From Chrysomallon squamiferum (lineage: Eukaryota > Animalia > Mollusca): a stretch of DNA of 64,000 bases. Positions 43,537-59,366 of this stretch are shown here, piece after piece. Position 1 is the stretch's first letter. Every line of letters starts with the position of its first letter. The position numbers and the translations under genes were made by a program. The notes under the pieces are model-generated. The model saw nothing but the letters and a program-made list of their open reading frames with translations. It was not told where the DNA came from and ran no database searches. The stretch lies in NCBI GenBank assembly GCA_012295275.1, contig CM022666.1, positions 372,001-436,000 on the forward strand. The letters run 5' to 3'.

Positions 43537-44624
43537 TCAATAAATCTAAAGGAATTTATAACGATTGATTTCTTTCCTTTCGGTTTTTATTTTTTTATTT
43601 TATTTTATTTTTATTTTTATTTTTATTTATTTATTTTTTTTAATTTATTTATATATTTTTATTTTTATTTTTATTTTATTTATTTATTTTTTAATTTATT
43701 TATATATTTTTATTTTTATTTTTATTTTAATCTTTTCTTGTCTTGATAAATAAATAAACAACAATAACTACTATTACTCTGAGTTTACTATGCTACCACT
43801 ACAACTACTTAAGCTACTACAGCTATGTCTACAACCACTAGTACAGTTACTACTAGTACTACTACTACTACTGATGATGATGATAATAATAATAATAATA
43901 GTTGAAGAAATTTTAGTACGAATTGGATCGGGGAAGGAGATATTCAGTTCTGTGGATAAACCTGAAGTCAAATTAACAACATGCCGCAGTACCTACATAC
44001 CTTTTAATATTACTGTAATTACAAAAACTATCCGCGAACATAAAATCTATATATTTTGAAATTACATCTCATTTACTTTTCTCATATCCAATTACAATGT
44101 TAATACTGAAGTAAATTATTTCCGGCTCTCTCAATTATGGTGTTAGCTTATCAAAAACCAAAAAAAACCAACAACAACAAAAAAAAAAAAAAAAAAAACT
44201 CAAAAAACAACAACAACATTATATAAAATAAAGCTAATTATGGAACGTAATATATCAGTTTCATGTATAAAAAAACAACAACAAAAAAACATTTTAAATG
44301 TATCGATGACAGACACTCACTCGCATAGAGACACACATACACACAGACAAACATGCAGACAAAGTGACGCAGAGACTGAAAGAAAAACAGATGTATACAG
44401 AAAGACAGACAGAGATTAATGGAATAACAGAAAGTCATCCAGATGAACATACAGACATACAAATGACGGACAGATCAATAGATACAGAGTTATAGACAGA
44501 TGAACATACAGACATACAAACGACGGACAGATCAATAGATACAGAGTTATAGACAGATGAACGGATGTTAACATTAATCGATCCAGAGATAGACGTTCCA
44601 GTTCACTCAGCTAGTCATTTGATT

Positions 44625-45532
44625 AGCAGCATATAACAGGATATAACAGCATATAGCAGCATATAACAGCATATAGCAGCATATAACAGCATATAACAGC
44701 ATATAGCAGCATATAACAGCATATAACAGCATATAACAGCATATAACAGCATATAGCAGCATATAACAGCATATAGCAGCATATAACAGCATATATACAG
44801 CATATAACAGCATATAACAGCATATAACAGCATATAACAGCATATAACAGCATATAACAGCATATAACAGCATATAACAGCATATAGCAGCATATAACAG
44901 CATATAACAGCATATAACAGCATATAACAGCATATAACAGCATATAACAGCATATAACAGCATATAACAGCATATAGCAGCATATAGCAGCATATAACAG
45001 CATATAGCAGCATATAACAGCATATAACAGCATATAACAGCATATAGCAGCATATAACAGCATATAACAGCATATAACAGCATATAACAGCATATAACAG
45101 CATATAACAGCATATAGCAGCATATAACAGCATATAACAGCATATAACAGCATATAGCAGCATATAGCAGCATATAACAGCATATAGCAGCATATAGCAG
45201 CATATAACAGCATATAACAGCATATAGCAGCATATAACAGCATATAACAGCATATAACAGCATATAACAGCATATAGCAGCATATAACAGCATATAGCAG
45301 CATATAGTAGCATACAACAGCATATAACAGCATATAACAGCATACATAACAGCATATAGCAGCATATAACAGCATATAACAGCATATAACAGCATATAGC
45401 AGCAGATGACAGCATATAACAGCATATAACAGCATATGACAGCACATAACAGCATATAACAGCACATAACAGCATGTAACAGCATATAACAGCATATAAC
45501 AGCACATAACAGCACATAACAGCATATAACAG
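44625..45532. repeat. 9-10-bp satellite (agcatataac / agcatatagc)
   Basis: About 0.9-kb array; it generates the spurious ORFs 44607-45572. Confidence 0.97.
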
Positions 45533-46560
45533 TAACAGTGCTACATACACACGTACACATATTTACCGTCATTTTAGTGTTAATTTTGATGTCTGAAGTT
45601 CAATTAGTAACATCAGCAGTTGTGGGTGGCAGTGCTCCTACCTGTAAAATAAATTAATAAATAAATAAATTAATAAATTAATAAACAAATAAATAAACAA
45701 ATAAATAAACAAATAAATAAACAAATAAATAAACAAATAAATAAATAAAAAAGAATTTATTACATTTAGCGAAGAGTTGACAAGAAAATCAATGAATCTA
45801 AACTGCTGATATCATTAAAAGAAATAAAACTTAGCTTTTATCATGTTAATCCGGATGTCGAAGCTTTTTTCATTATTGTTATTATAATTATTATTATTAT
45901 TATTATTATTATTAATAAAATAACAAAAATTTATAATAATAATAGAATGAATGAAGACTAATAATTCTGTATAAAAGTCTTCATGACATAATCACACGGT
46001 AAACCCTTGTCGTAACGTACTTGCGGATTAGAGGACTAATTATGTTAGGTCGGACACAAGCTCTGGGAATAAAGGATTTATCTTTCACACGATTCTCGAT
46101 ACATCGAGCTGGTGGGTATAGGTGATGAAGGTGGATCATTCATCTGAAAACTATTTCTGCGAAACGCCCGGACTTCAGAAAGTCGAAAACGTCCTTCACA
46201 ACACTGATTAGCACGTTAATTTTTTCCACATCCTAACACACACACACACCCGACTCTTTCGTTATATCATGAGGCTGCTACTGTACGCAGAGCAGATATA
46301 TTATTACACATCTTTTATTCGTTATTAAAATGGGTTTTGCTTCTTTTTTTAAATGTTTTCATTTGCTGTTTAATTAATTTTTTTTTAAATGTTGAAATGT
46401 TTAAACATTAACTTGTCACGTGGCCGTTTGCTGTACAAAGGGAAAGAACCGTTCAATGACGTCATTTCTCTGTTGTCGGTTTTCTTTATTTCTTGTACTT
46501 TGATACCATGACCACTTCATCAGCGTGCGGTTTTCTGCTTTAATATGTGTATATGTTTCA

Positions 46561-46643
<83 letters not shown>

Positions 46644-46935
46644 CCATCTTGTTTTAAAAACTTTGACGACTTGTTTCATTCTCTATAGATGAAGTGGGAA
46701 ACAACTCTTTTTCCAGTTGAAGAAAGACTTTGCTTTTCATTATTTTATCCATTCTTTTAGTGTGTTCCCTTTTATCATCATAATTTCTTTATTTTCATTA
46801 TTATTATTTTTCATTTTGTTATTTTTATTATTGAAAAATATTCGTATTCACGTATATATTATTACAGTCCTTGTTAACAAGCCCTTTTATTTTATTCTGA
46901 ATCACTTCCTAGAAAAAAAAATAATGATGAAAATC

Positions 46936-46988
<53 letters not shown>

Positions 46989-47928
46989 AATAAATAAATA
47001 ATGACGATGATGATAAAAAAAAAAAAAAAATAAAACCATTAGCCATTAGATAAAAAATAAAAAACGAGCTTTAAAAGTGCGTACATAATTTTTATATATA
47101 TATATATTTTTTTTTATGCTTTTGTTATAGTACTTTCCAAACAATTCAGCCAGTCATATTGACAATGAAAATGTACGTACTCCATTCACCTTGGTAATAA
47201 CTTGCATTCTTTCTTTCGCTTCAGCTTCCAGATAAATGAGTTCAGAAAATGAAATAAAACAAACTAATCATTTTTTTTTTTTTTTTTTTTTTTTTTTTGA
47301 ATTATGATTAATCTAAAAGAGGCAAATATGTGTCTCAGCATTCCCTGCTTCACGGACAAAAGCGGTTCCTTTTGTTTTGCGATCTCGCAGTAAAAGTTAC
47401 CAAGAAATTACAAAAGGAGGAAATTACGGGCTGTTGCAATGACACTCGAACATTTTCAATATTAGTTTTGGAGCGGCTGTGTCATTTAGTACTTGTTGTC
47501 TTTTACATCGTTTTTCATTTTAATAACCGCGTCATTATTATTATTATTTTTTATTTTTTCCTGTTCGCTGTTCTAAAAAAAAATCTAATAAAAGAAATAT
47601 GCATAATAACGATATTGATAGTAAAATTAATAACAAGTAATTTAAATGAAATCATGTAAACATTTTTATATACAAACTGACGTACAGATAGAGCTGCAGG
47701 ATGAAATTAAGCTAGTGCTGGACATAATAATAATAATAATAATAATAATATAATAACAATAATAATAAATATAATAACAATAACAACCATAACAACAACA
47801 GTAACAACACTAAAGAAACAAACAAACAAAACATAAATAAATAAATAAACAAACGAACAACACACGTAAATGTAAATCAATTACATGCATATTAAAATAA
47901 TTCATTATTTTTCATTTGCACCGCAAAC

Positions 47929-48027
<99 letters not shown>

Positions 48028-48232
48028 AGAAGAAGTTAGATGTTTTAGATTTGTTGGACATACAGGAAATGTTTGTTTCACACAGAAGTTGTCTTGGTGA
48101 GATTGTCCAGTGTGGTCAGTTTTGTTTCTAAGTACAAAGAGTGTCTGTATGTTTGTCTTTCTGTTTCTTTGTCTGTCCATCTATTTATTTGTTTATCAAG
48201 TTGTATTATTTATTTAGTTTTTGTTTGTAAAT

Positions 48233-48265
<33 letters not shown>

Positions 48266-49377
48266 TTTAATCAGTACCTGTGTCAGTCCATCTGTTTATT
48301 TAAACTACACACTTATTTTACCCGCGAATTCCGACATCAGGTAACTAACTATACTTTACTACAAGCAGAGAAGTCATTTCTGGTTTCTTTTTTGTTGTTG
48401 TTCGTTTTACAGGTTTCTGTAACAGATCGTTATCACTTTCTTGTGGTCTCGAAGTAATCAGAAAGGTTTTCTGAATTCAAATTTCAGACAGCACGAGAAA
48501 TTAATATTCTAGTTGTCCCTCTTTGATTTCTGTTTGCTCTGAAAGGCAATTTAAACACAGGTTGTCCACAATCATGTAATATAACACTAAAATTATGTAT
48601 GATGCTATTAGAATGAATGACTGGATGCATTATTAATATTAAGAAAAATTAAAAATATTGACGGTTCACTGATGTGAAATATTAGATATGTTTTATGTAA
48701 TGACGATATTTGAGTGGAAATCCACTACAATAGTATGGGACACTTCTTTGGCTCACAGTAAGACTGCTTTTATTTGCATCTTGCAAGTGGTAAAACATCT
48801 GGTATGGTGCTTCCCAGATAGGAAAATAACCCAAGAATTGACAAAGAGCACCCGAAAAAGTGATTTCTTCTCTCGCATCGTAATTACACTAAGATAATTA
48901 CACAGCCAAGGATCGATCCTGCTAGTTGTTGCTTGGGGCTTTCGCTTTAACCACTAAGCTGCAGTGAGTTAACACGCACAAGTACGAGTTAATGACGGAC
49001 GTACAGAAGTACGAGTTGATGACGGACGTACAGAAGTACTCATTCATTTCGTGTCTGTCAGAACGAAGATAAAACACTGACCGCGATTTGCTTCGGTTGT
49101 TTAGTCTACTTTCTGCAAACGGACATGCGTACACCGTACGTTGACACAGCTACGTACGACTCAGTTTCCATGGAAACCGGTGGTTTGAAACGTCACTCAC
49201 AGTGAATTTCATGCGTTAAACATTTAATTAGAGATGAAAGGGTTATCAGCATTACAATTACACTTTTAACTTCCGGGTCATGGCAACTGAAAATACTTAT
49301 TTAGAGTTATCGTTCTTAGTATAAAGATCTCTGTTTTGAGGGGTCCGCATTTCTCCCAATATTGTTGTTGTTTTCAC

Positions 49378-49424
<47 letters not shown>

Positions 49425-50444
49425 TTTTATTTTATTTTATTTTTTTTTTTTTTTTTTATTTTTTTTTTTTTTTATTAATAAAATTATCAGTGCTTATTAT
49501 TACACTAATAGAGATCCCATTTCTTTATATGTGTGGGTATATATATATTATTCTTTCTTTCTTTCTTTTTCTATTTATTTTCAAACAAATGATGAAGCAA
49601 GATATTCAGTTTCTCTAATTAATTAAACGCTTCATAAAAAGTGGATTGGTCTTTTTAACAACTTAGAAAGTTCGTAGGTCTTTTTTGTTTTTCTTTTTTT
49701 TTTTTTTTTTTTATCGTTGGCAAATTTCGGGGAAATGAAGCCACTCTGCAGCCCCATCCTGTTAATCAAACAGTCCCAGCGGATCTATCGCACTCGTAAA
49801 TCACCTCATTCATTTTTAAATTTTATTTTATTTCCTTTTTTATCATCACAGAATCTGAAAGCCGTAACGGCGAAGGTTTAACAAGTTTGTCATGGGCCGA
49901 CTTTCGTGAGTAGAAGACAGAAGCACAAAAGCTTTATTTGATTTCATTTCCCCGCCATCTTTGTCCGTGGCAGACGTCGGCGTCAACAGCACATTGTGGT
50001 GACAGACTAACCGCGATGAAGTGAAAACCTTTCAGTGTTGTATAACAGCGGTCGTGTAAACAAGCCGCGGAAACTTAGTTGTTACCCAACAGCGATTACA
50101 AAACAAATGTAATTTTGGCGTTTAGAACGTCACGCTAAATGCTTTTGACAGCTTTTTCATTTGGGAGCAATCTTTGGAAGCAAATGTTAGAAGTCAGTTA
50201 CAATTGATTGGTGCCGTCGACTTAAAGAAATGAAAGTTCATGTGAAAAAGAAAAAAAAAAAAGAATTAGAGAGAGAGAGAGAGAGAAAGAAAGAAAGAAA
50301 AGAAAAGAATTGGCAAGATGTTAATAGTTACACACGTTGTAGTATGTACAAAACAAGAAAATTCAATTTAATTTTAGTTTTTTTGTTTTACAAATTTGAA
50401 AAGAGAAAAAGTTCAGATACTATGAGAGTGAACGAGACAGATAG

Positions 50445-50574
<130 letters not shown>

Positions 50575-50740
50575 AAATAAAATATATTAATATTCAATTA
50601 TTATACCCTTCTCTTAAATATCCTTTTTAAAACAAGATCGATTATATATCCGCTTCTAAACAAGATTGATTATATATTGTTGGCAACATATAACGAGCAT
50701 GTATAAATAATAAAACACCTATTCTTCTTCTTCTTCTTAA

Positions 50741-50812
<72 letters not shown>

Positions 50813-52499
50813 CAGCATCATCATTATTATTTTCTTTTTTCTCCTTCTTCTTCTTCCTCTTGTTAATCTTTTTCTCATTATTGCCATCCTTATTAAAAAA
50901 AAAAAAAAAAAAAAAGTGTTAACAAAAAAAAAAAAAAAAAAAAAAAAATCCTACAGAAATATTAATTATCGAATATTCGATTGTGCTGAACAAAACACAA
51001 AGATTAGTATTTCCCTGGCCTAACGCCTGGTCCTGAATTACGTACGCCATACGTGTTTTCTTGAAAAAAACAAAACCAGAAAGAAATCTTTAAACACAAA
51101 AACACATCGCGGCGAATTGTCTTTCAATCCAGACCGATTGTTGCCGCATAATGAACGTTCTAGATAACATTTTCAGTTCGAGATTTCAGACTGTCTGCGA
51201 GATTGAGAAAAGTTTACGTATATTTAAAGTGATGAATGCGAACCTAAAAAGGTATATACAGCACAGAATGAGATTATTATTACCCGGATTGTTACAGTAC
51301 TTCCCTGTTCCCGAGTTCTGTAATTATTAATGTGTTCAAACAAGAAAGTACTCGGTCAACCCACACAATTATTTTTGCTGTTTGAATATTTGTTTAACCT
51401 CACCGGCTTAAACTGAAGAAGTTTCACTGAATAAACATTTTAAAAAAAAATATTCCTGAAACTGAATATACAATGAAAGAAAATCTGAACAATATCTTTT
51501 GCGTTCATTCACTGCCGTATTCATTCTTTCTTTTATTCGTTCCGTCAGTTCTTCTGTTATGTTTGTTCCTTTTTTTTTTTTATTCATTTATTATCTGTGT
51601 CTGTCATTCATTCATCCTGCGTGTATGCTTTGTCATCATCATAGTGATCATTACTAACGTGTAATGAAAGATTTTTCATTCTTTGATTCATTTATTCGTT
51701 ATTTCTTCAATGAATTATTCATTCGTTCTTACTCCTACTTTTTTATAACCTGTGAAATTGTTTGCATTGATTAAAAGTTGTTTTTTCATTTTTTCTGTTT
51801 TGTCAAACCGCCTACATAATTAATATTTATTAAGACTATTTTCCAATGTACAAATGTATAGATAACTGACAGAAAGACAAATGAAAATGAGAGAGACAAA
51901 CATACAGACAGGTAGACAGATAAACAGATGCACTCACTGAGAGAGAGAAAAGTTGAAACCACACTTCAAGTCCTTCACTCTATCCAAACTATCATCATCT
52001 TTAATTTACAAGTGTCAAAAAGGACACGAAATTATGCAAGTAAATATTTTTAAATTAAAATGAATGTAACTAAATATAAATAGCAAAATATTTAATTTCT
52101 TTCGTTTTTCTTTCTTATCATTCTTAATTTCCTTTTTTTTTTAAATCACACTTTTAATATAATTGTATTACTCATGAATAAGTACCTTTTAAAAATATTT
52201 AAAATAAAAAATAAAAATAAAAAAAACAACTTACACCCAACTAACTTAATGAAATAAGTATTTGAAAGTACATACGATGTATATTTATTCACTTACTAAT
52301 TGTAACATTCCAAACTATTTCCTCGTAAACTTTTATTTATCTTCTAGCGCTCCGAATAAACAAATAAATAAATAAATAAACTAATAAAACCATCTCTGTT
52401 TTTTATTCATTAACTTAAATTAAACACTATCGTGAAAGATAAGAATGATGTCGAGTATGGTTTTGGATTTCTTTCTTTGTTTTTTGTTTATTATTATTA

Positions 52500-52564
<65 letters not shown>

Positions 52565-52607
52565 GTTATTGTTGTTGTTGTTGTTGTTGTTGCTGCTGTT
52601 GTTATTA

Positions 52608-52660
<53 letters not shown>

Positions 52661-53210
52661 GTTATTATTATTATTATTATTTTATCACCCAGTTCTGTAA
52701 GATGTGGGCGATGGTGTGGCCAGGAGGAATCAAGTAAGATTTACAATTTATATTCATCCCGAGTGCTAACAGCCCGACATAGCAGCCAGCTAATTGTTTA
52801 TCAATACGCACGCTCTAACCAAATGTCAGCTGCATGTTGCATAATGGGTCGGTACTAATCGAAATAAGAGTAAAAATTCCAATAAACACGACGGTGCAGT
52901 TCTCATTATGTGTAGTGTCGTTGTCGCGATGCTGCTGACGTCATTGTGGAATTACGAAAACAATGACCAGTGAATGACCACCGCGTTGAACGGTTTTGTT
53001 TCGTCGACGTGGCAAAAAGGTTTGTCAAAGTGAAAACAGCGTGCTGCGTGTTATGATACTCACACGTTATTAAGAGAAAAAAGAGGTGAGAGATGGTGGG
53101 AGTGAGAGAGAGAGAGAGAGGGAGAAAGCAAAACCGACAGACGAACAAAGAGATGTTAATTTTATCATGACAGAAAGAATGTGTGATCTGTGTGTGTGTG
53201 TGTGTGTGTG

Positions 53211-53298
<88 letters not shown>

Positions 53299-53788
53299 GA
53301 AGAATGATCAAAACATATAGTAAGATCTAACGATCGAGGAAGGAATCAAACAACAACAAAGAGAGAGATAGGAAGTCAGAATACCTGAGTTTAATAATAA
53401 GAACAAGATTATGAAACAGAAAAACCGAGAAAGACAGAGAGAGAAAAAAAAAAAAAAAAAAAAAAAAACCAGAAGAGAAAATTTAATTCTACTTATCCAA
53501 CTTTTTACGACTCTCAGATTTTTCATGACCAACAAAAGACAGTGTTTCAGTGGAATCCTCCACTTCGCTATTTTTATTGCTGTGAAATTTTTATGGCCAG
53601 TTCTAGTCTGGCCGGATGGAGGCAGACTTCACGTGAATCATTTCACAGACGTGACCAAGGGTTACAAGCCAATTTTCCAACTAACACTTTCTCACTTTAA
53701 TGGAATTGTTTAAGAAAATTGGTTATATCAATACACTGATATCAGAGGTTAATGTATTTGATAATCACAGTATGATACTGGTTCACAG

Positions 53789-53854
<66 letters not shown>

Positions 53855-53873
53855 GTTGTATTAGTAGTAATGA

Positions 53874-53987
<114 letters not shown>

Positions 53988-54696
53988 ATTACACACACAC
54001 ATGATTTTTTTAACGGTTTTTTATTCGTGTTTTTTTCTGAAATTTTAATTGTATTGTGTGTCATTATTAAGGGTCCGAGAACTACAGATAATTTTGTTTT
54101 TAAATTCTGAATACATATTGATTTGCTGCTAATTCAGGTAAAATTAAGTGCAGTTCGATGTTAAATGTACATTAAAATCTGATCTCACTTCTTGTATGTT
54201 TCTTGTTGTTTACAGCCTACTTACTTTAAATATTTAGAACAAGATAATATGAAAATATACATTTATGTTTATGTGTTTGTACGTTTGGCTGTGTGTCTGT
54301 GCGTCACTGTGCGTGTGTCTGTTTGGAATATCGTGAGTGCGTGTACTGGGTCTTTTGTAAGAGCGATACTTATTTAAAAATTCTAATCAATCATGGATGT
54401 GACTGTGTAATTTCGTGTATGTGTGTATAAGTATGTATGTCTGTGTGACTGTGTGCATCTTTGTGTAGGTGTGTGTCTGTGTATGCGTATGTTTTGACAC
54501 ATGTTAAAGTATGTGTGTATATGTGCGTGTTTGACTGCGTGTACGTATGTGTATTTATAGGGGGCTGTATGCATCTGTTTATAAATGAATCCATGTAGAG
54601 CAAAACACTACAATTATACCAGAATAGCTTAAAATAAAACTACCTGAATATTTGAGAATATGTGTACGTGTATGTGTGTGTGTGTGTATGTTTGTC

Positions 54697-54891
54697 ATAG
54701 GCAGGTCTGACGTATGTGTATTTGTACGTGTGGGATGTGTATGCATCTGTTTGTAAATGTATCTAAACAGGTCTGACAATTATATAAGAAGAGTGTATAA
54801 AAATAACTTTGCGTCTGTGTGTGTGTGTGTCTTGCTATCATAGGCAGGTCTGATGTATGTGTAAGAAGAGTGTATAAATGTGTGTGTGTGT

Positions 54892-54923
<32 letters not shown>

Positions 54924-55073
54924 CTGTGCTATCACAGGCAGGTCTGACGTGTGTGTAAGAACAGTGTATAAATGTGTGTACGTGTGTGTGTGTGTGTGTA
55001 TGTGTGTGTGTGTCTGTGTTATCATAGGCAGGTCTGACGTGTGTATAAGAACAGTATATAAATGTGTGTACGT

Positions 55074-55120
<47 letters not shown>

Positions 55121-55152
55121 ATCACAGGCAGGTGTGTGTGTGTATAAGAACA

Positions 55153-55199
<47 letters not shown>

Positions 55200-55250
55200 T
55201 GTGCTATCACAGGCAGGTCTGACGTGTGTATAAGAACAGTGTATAAATGT
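54697..55250. repeat. Compound tandem repeat: caggcaggtctgacgtgtgtataagaacagtgtataaat + (GT)n
   Basis: About 6 variable-length units. Confidence 0.9.
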
Positions 55251-55554
55251 GTGCACAGCGACACAAAAGACTACTGAGACCGCAACACCTATCAACGTGA
55301 CGACTGTCCTCTCAGAAACTCATCGATCTCTGTGCGCGGTTACAAATCCACTGATCAGACTTAGAAGCGCACACGCCAAGCTCAGCCTCACTTCGAAAAC
55401 GTGACACGGCAAAGGTAAGTCACTTCATTTACACAAGTTTTACAAACATAGTTCACAGTTTCCTTTTTTAATACGAGGTATTCAGGGTACCATAAACGAG
55501 GTATTTTCGATATTATGTTTCCGGGATACTTTTTGTTGTTTTTTCAACTTATTT

Positions 55555-55611
<57 letters not shown>

Positions 55612-56499
55612 ATGTATATATTAAAATTATTTTATTGTATATACATATTTGATATATGTTTCTGTTTGAGAGTTGGGGATGCTTTTTTTGAAGTTCAGTA
55701 CTAGAGGTGTGTTTTAGAGGTTTGTTGATTACTGGCACTGAAAAAGGATGTTAATTATTTTGTTTTTACTTTGTGTTGATTTAACTCTTCAAAACTTCTG
55801 GATGTCAGTTTCTAAAGAATGATTATTTTCATATCGTTTTATTTTTATTTTATTTAATATTGATTTTGTTCTATAGGTAGCACGATACTAACATGTTGGT
55901 TATTTTATTTTATTTTATTTTATTCTATTCTATTCTATTTTATATTATTTTATTCAACTAATTTTGATTTAGTTTCCTAGTGCATTTTGGGATGCATAAT
56001 GCAAGTTTTATTTGTAAGCATGGAAGTTTATCAGTTAAAAATGATTCTTAAGGAAGAACATGAACCGAGTTCGTTGCGAGTGACAACTATAATCAAATAG
56101 AAAGATACACGAAAAAAAATTATTTGTTATAAGAAAGAAGAAAATTGAAGAAATAACTAGAAAGATGTCAAGAATGATAAGGAGACTATCAACAAATGTT
56201 TTTATTCTTAAAAACTGTTTCTTCTTCGTTTTGTTATGTTCAATTAACAAATGTGTCATTTACTAAAATGTAATTAACACTCACTTTTCAGCTTTCTCAC
56301 GTTAGAGTTCTCTCTAACCATAGTTTTTTTTTTTTTTTTTTGAGGGGGTGTAAGGTTGGTTTGGGGGGAGTTTTTATTCTGTATGTTATTCTGTGGTCTG
56401 TCTCTCTAGAGTACAAATCTGCAGTTTGCTGACAGTTTATTGATTTGATAAGATCAGTGTTCATGTCTTTGAAGATGTCGATATCGTTCTGTTGATCTC

Positions 56500-57060
56500 T
56501 GTTGTTAATGTTACTATCACCGGTATTGGCATACTCTGTATTATTGATACTGTCGTTGTCATCGATTCTGTTTTTATCATCGATAGTGTCATTATCATCA
56601 CTATTGATATTGTCATTCATACTGTATTTGTCATCGATACTACATCTCACTGACAGGGTTGTTGTCACTGATAACTGTCACTGTCATGATTCTGTCAGTA
56701 TCGTTCTTCTGCCTCTCTGTCGTTATTGTCACTGGCACTGGCACAGTTACTGATATCTTTACTGTCTTTGTCATCGATACAGTCAGTGTCATCAGTATGT
56801 TATCATCGTAGATGCTGTCATTAGTAACGACACTGTCACTGTCATCGAAACGTCATTGTCATCGATACTGTCACTGATGGTGTCATTATTATCGATATTT
56901 CATTGTCGTCGATACTGTATTTGTTATTGATACTGTGATTATCATCGATACTGACTGTGAATGTTACTATCTTGACTGTGAATGTTACTATCCTGACTGT
57001 GAATGTTACTATCCTGACTGTGAATGTGACTGTGATTGTATGACAATCGAATATTTCATG
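56500..57060. repeat. Degenerate low-complexity repeat (tcatcgatactg-like) with a 21-bp subarray
   Basis: Recurrent atcgata motifs; ctgactgtgaatgttactatc x3-4 at ~56951-57025. Confidence 0.7.
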
Positions 57061-59366
57061 ACAATGATGTCGATGCAGATGAATCAGAAAAGATTTGAAC
57101 AACAAAAGAGAAGACGATTGTGTGTTCAAATTTAATCATATTAATTCCACAAACTTTGCTGTTCACCCATAGTAAGTTAACAAAAAACAAAAGTATAGAA
57201 AAACAAAATCAATAAATAAAAACAAAGTCTGTGAGAGATCTGACTTCAAGTTTGAAAGGAGATTACTCCTGTCTGAGCAATGCCCGATTATCTGCCTTGA
57301 CAACTTGTACACTGAAACTAACTTGATGAAAACCTACACTGAATAAATAGTTAAAAACAAAGAACAGCTCTGGATGAAAATGATGCATACATTAGAACTT
57401 AAGACATTAATTTAGAAGATTAGTTTGTAATGCTATCATGCAAAATGATTAACCTGTCAAAACATATTACCATGTGTGTGTATGTACTTTTGTACGTATG
57501 TATGTATGTATGTATGTATGTATGTATGTATGTATGTATGTATGTATGTATGTATGTATGTATGTATGTATGTATGTATGTATGTATGTATGTATATATA
57601 TATATATATACGTATGTGTTTTAAATTACTACATATATATTTATGTGTTTATTTTTCTGTTCCATATGCTGATCTGTTCATCTTTCTCCCTTTTTCAAAA
57701 TAAACTAATTTTTCTTTTCTTTACGATTTGTTCTGAACAACATTTACAAAATCAGTTTCCTCCTAAACATTTAAAACAGCGTAAAAGAATCAAATGGAAA
57801 AAAAAAAAAAATAGTGAAAAAGAAAATGAGTATACTTTCGTTATTCGCGATTGATACACTGTGGAATGTAAAACTTGCTAAGTTAGAGTTAGTTTGCAGA
57901 AAGAAGTGTTTGTCGGATTTATTTAAATTTGATGACGAAACAGAAAAACAACCAAATTGACAATTAGCTTGTCGCATTATTTGCTAAGGAATCCAGCGTG
58001 TGTCAAATATTGAATTATTTGAAATGTTTTTCATATTCATTTGATTTCCGTTTCTTAATCTAATAACTGTTGAAAGAAATAGTTATAGACGTTAGAAAGA
58101 AAAGAAAGAAAAAGAAAAACGGAGAGAAAAATAAAGACAGAGAGGAAGAGAGAATGAATGAAGTCTAACGTAAGAAAAACTTATAGCTCAAAAATGGCGG
58201 CAGTTATCAACTTCATCAAAGAGTTTCGCTTTTAATGCATTGCCATTTGCCACGTTTTTTCTGATTAATCTCGATTTTTTATCGGAATTTCACATTCGGC
58301 TGTCCCGTTCTGCAATTTGATTCCAGTATTGAATGATCGTAACATTTATCTTTGGTCAGCGGTCCGTTGCGAAATGATGTTTTAATAGCCTCGGATCAGA
58401 AACTTTTCTAGCATCACACACTGTAACAGAAGTCGTGGTTACACACTGAAACCAGCCTCAGTGTGCTTAAACGTTAACCCTTCCAGTGCTGAGACAGAAA
58501 TCTCGTTTAAAACGACACCCAAGTCGACTAGACTGGTGTAAAACCGACACTTCATCCAAGTCTGACATTTCAGAATCAAGGTCCTGGGACCAGTCTTGAT
58601 CTCTCACTGGTTTTGTTTGTTTTTTCTTTTTCTTCTTCTTCTTTTATTTTATTTTATTTTTATTTTATTCTATTTTATTTTCAGTAATAAAATCGTCGGA
58701 GAATTTTATATCTTTCCGTCGACATTTTTAAAAAAAAAAATTTTATCCACATTTTTATATTTTTAAAAAATATTATTAACATTTTTCTTTCGTATTTTTG
58801 TTCGTTGTTTATTTTTGTACAAGTTGTTTTTATTTTATTTTATTATTTTTGAAGATTTTTATTTTATTCTAAGTCTTCTCCTTTTTTTTCATCGTTTTCT
58901 TCTTCTTCTTTTTAAATGTACCTTTCCGAATTTTATCTAACTGGACAGTTCTTAGTTTCATCTCTACTGTTTTTCTGTTTGAAATAATTTTATTTCAGGT
59001 GATATTTTCCAACACTATTAATACAGACAGTAGAATGTGACTAGGAATATCTTCAATAATAATAATAATAATAATTATAATAATAATAATATAATAATAA
59101 TAATAATATGGATAATAACAACATCAACAACAACAACAACAATAACAAGAGAATTATTAACCGCAACATTAAAAGTAAATGATAATAATTATGCAGATTA
59201 TAAATTAACATAGCAGTTTTTAAAAATCTCGTTTCATAATAAAACTCTATTATAAACACAACAAAGAGAATGAAACAGCCTTGGTCTGAACTCATTAAAA
59301 GCTTGTATTAATTTAAATATTTCGCTAGTACAACAATCCTAGACAAATGTGCTGCAACAATCAGCT

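Noticed and set aside
44607-45572. Three ~300-aa ORFs (YAVICCYMLL)
   Set aside because: All three frames are open because of a 10-bp satellite.
52693-52733. Possible 41-nt plus-strand exon (cag|...CAA|gtaaga)
   Set aside because: It has no recognisable protein similarity and no partner exons.
56297-56668. Asp/Asn-rich 123-aa ORF resembling an acidic matrix protein
   Set aside because: It comes from a degenerate atcgata repeat, has no signal peptide or clear splice sites, and ends in a poly-A-derived Lys run.
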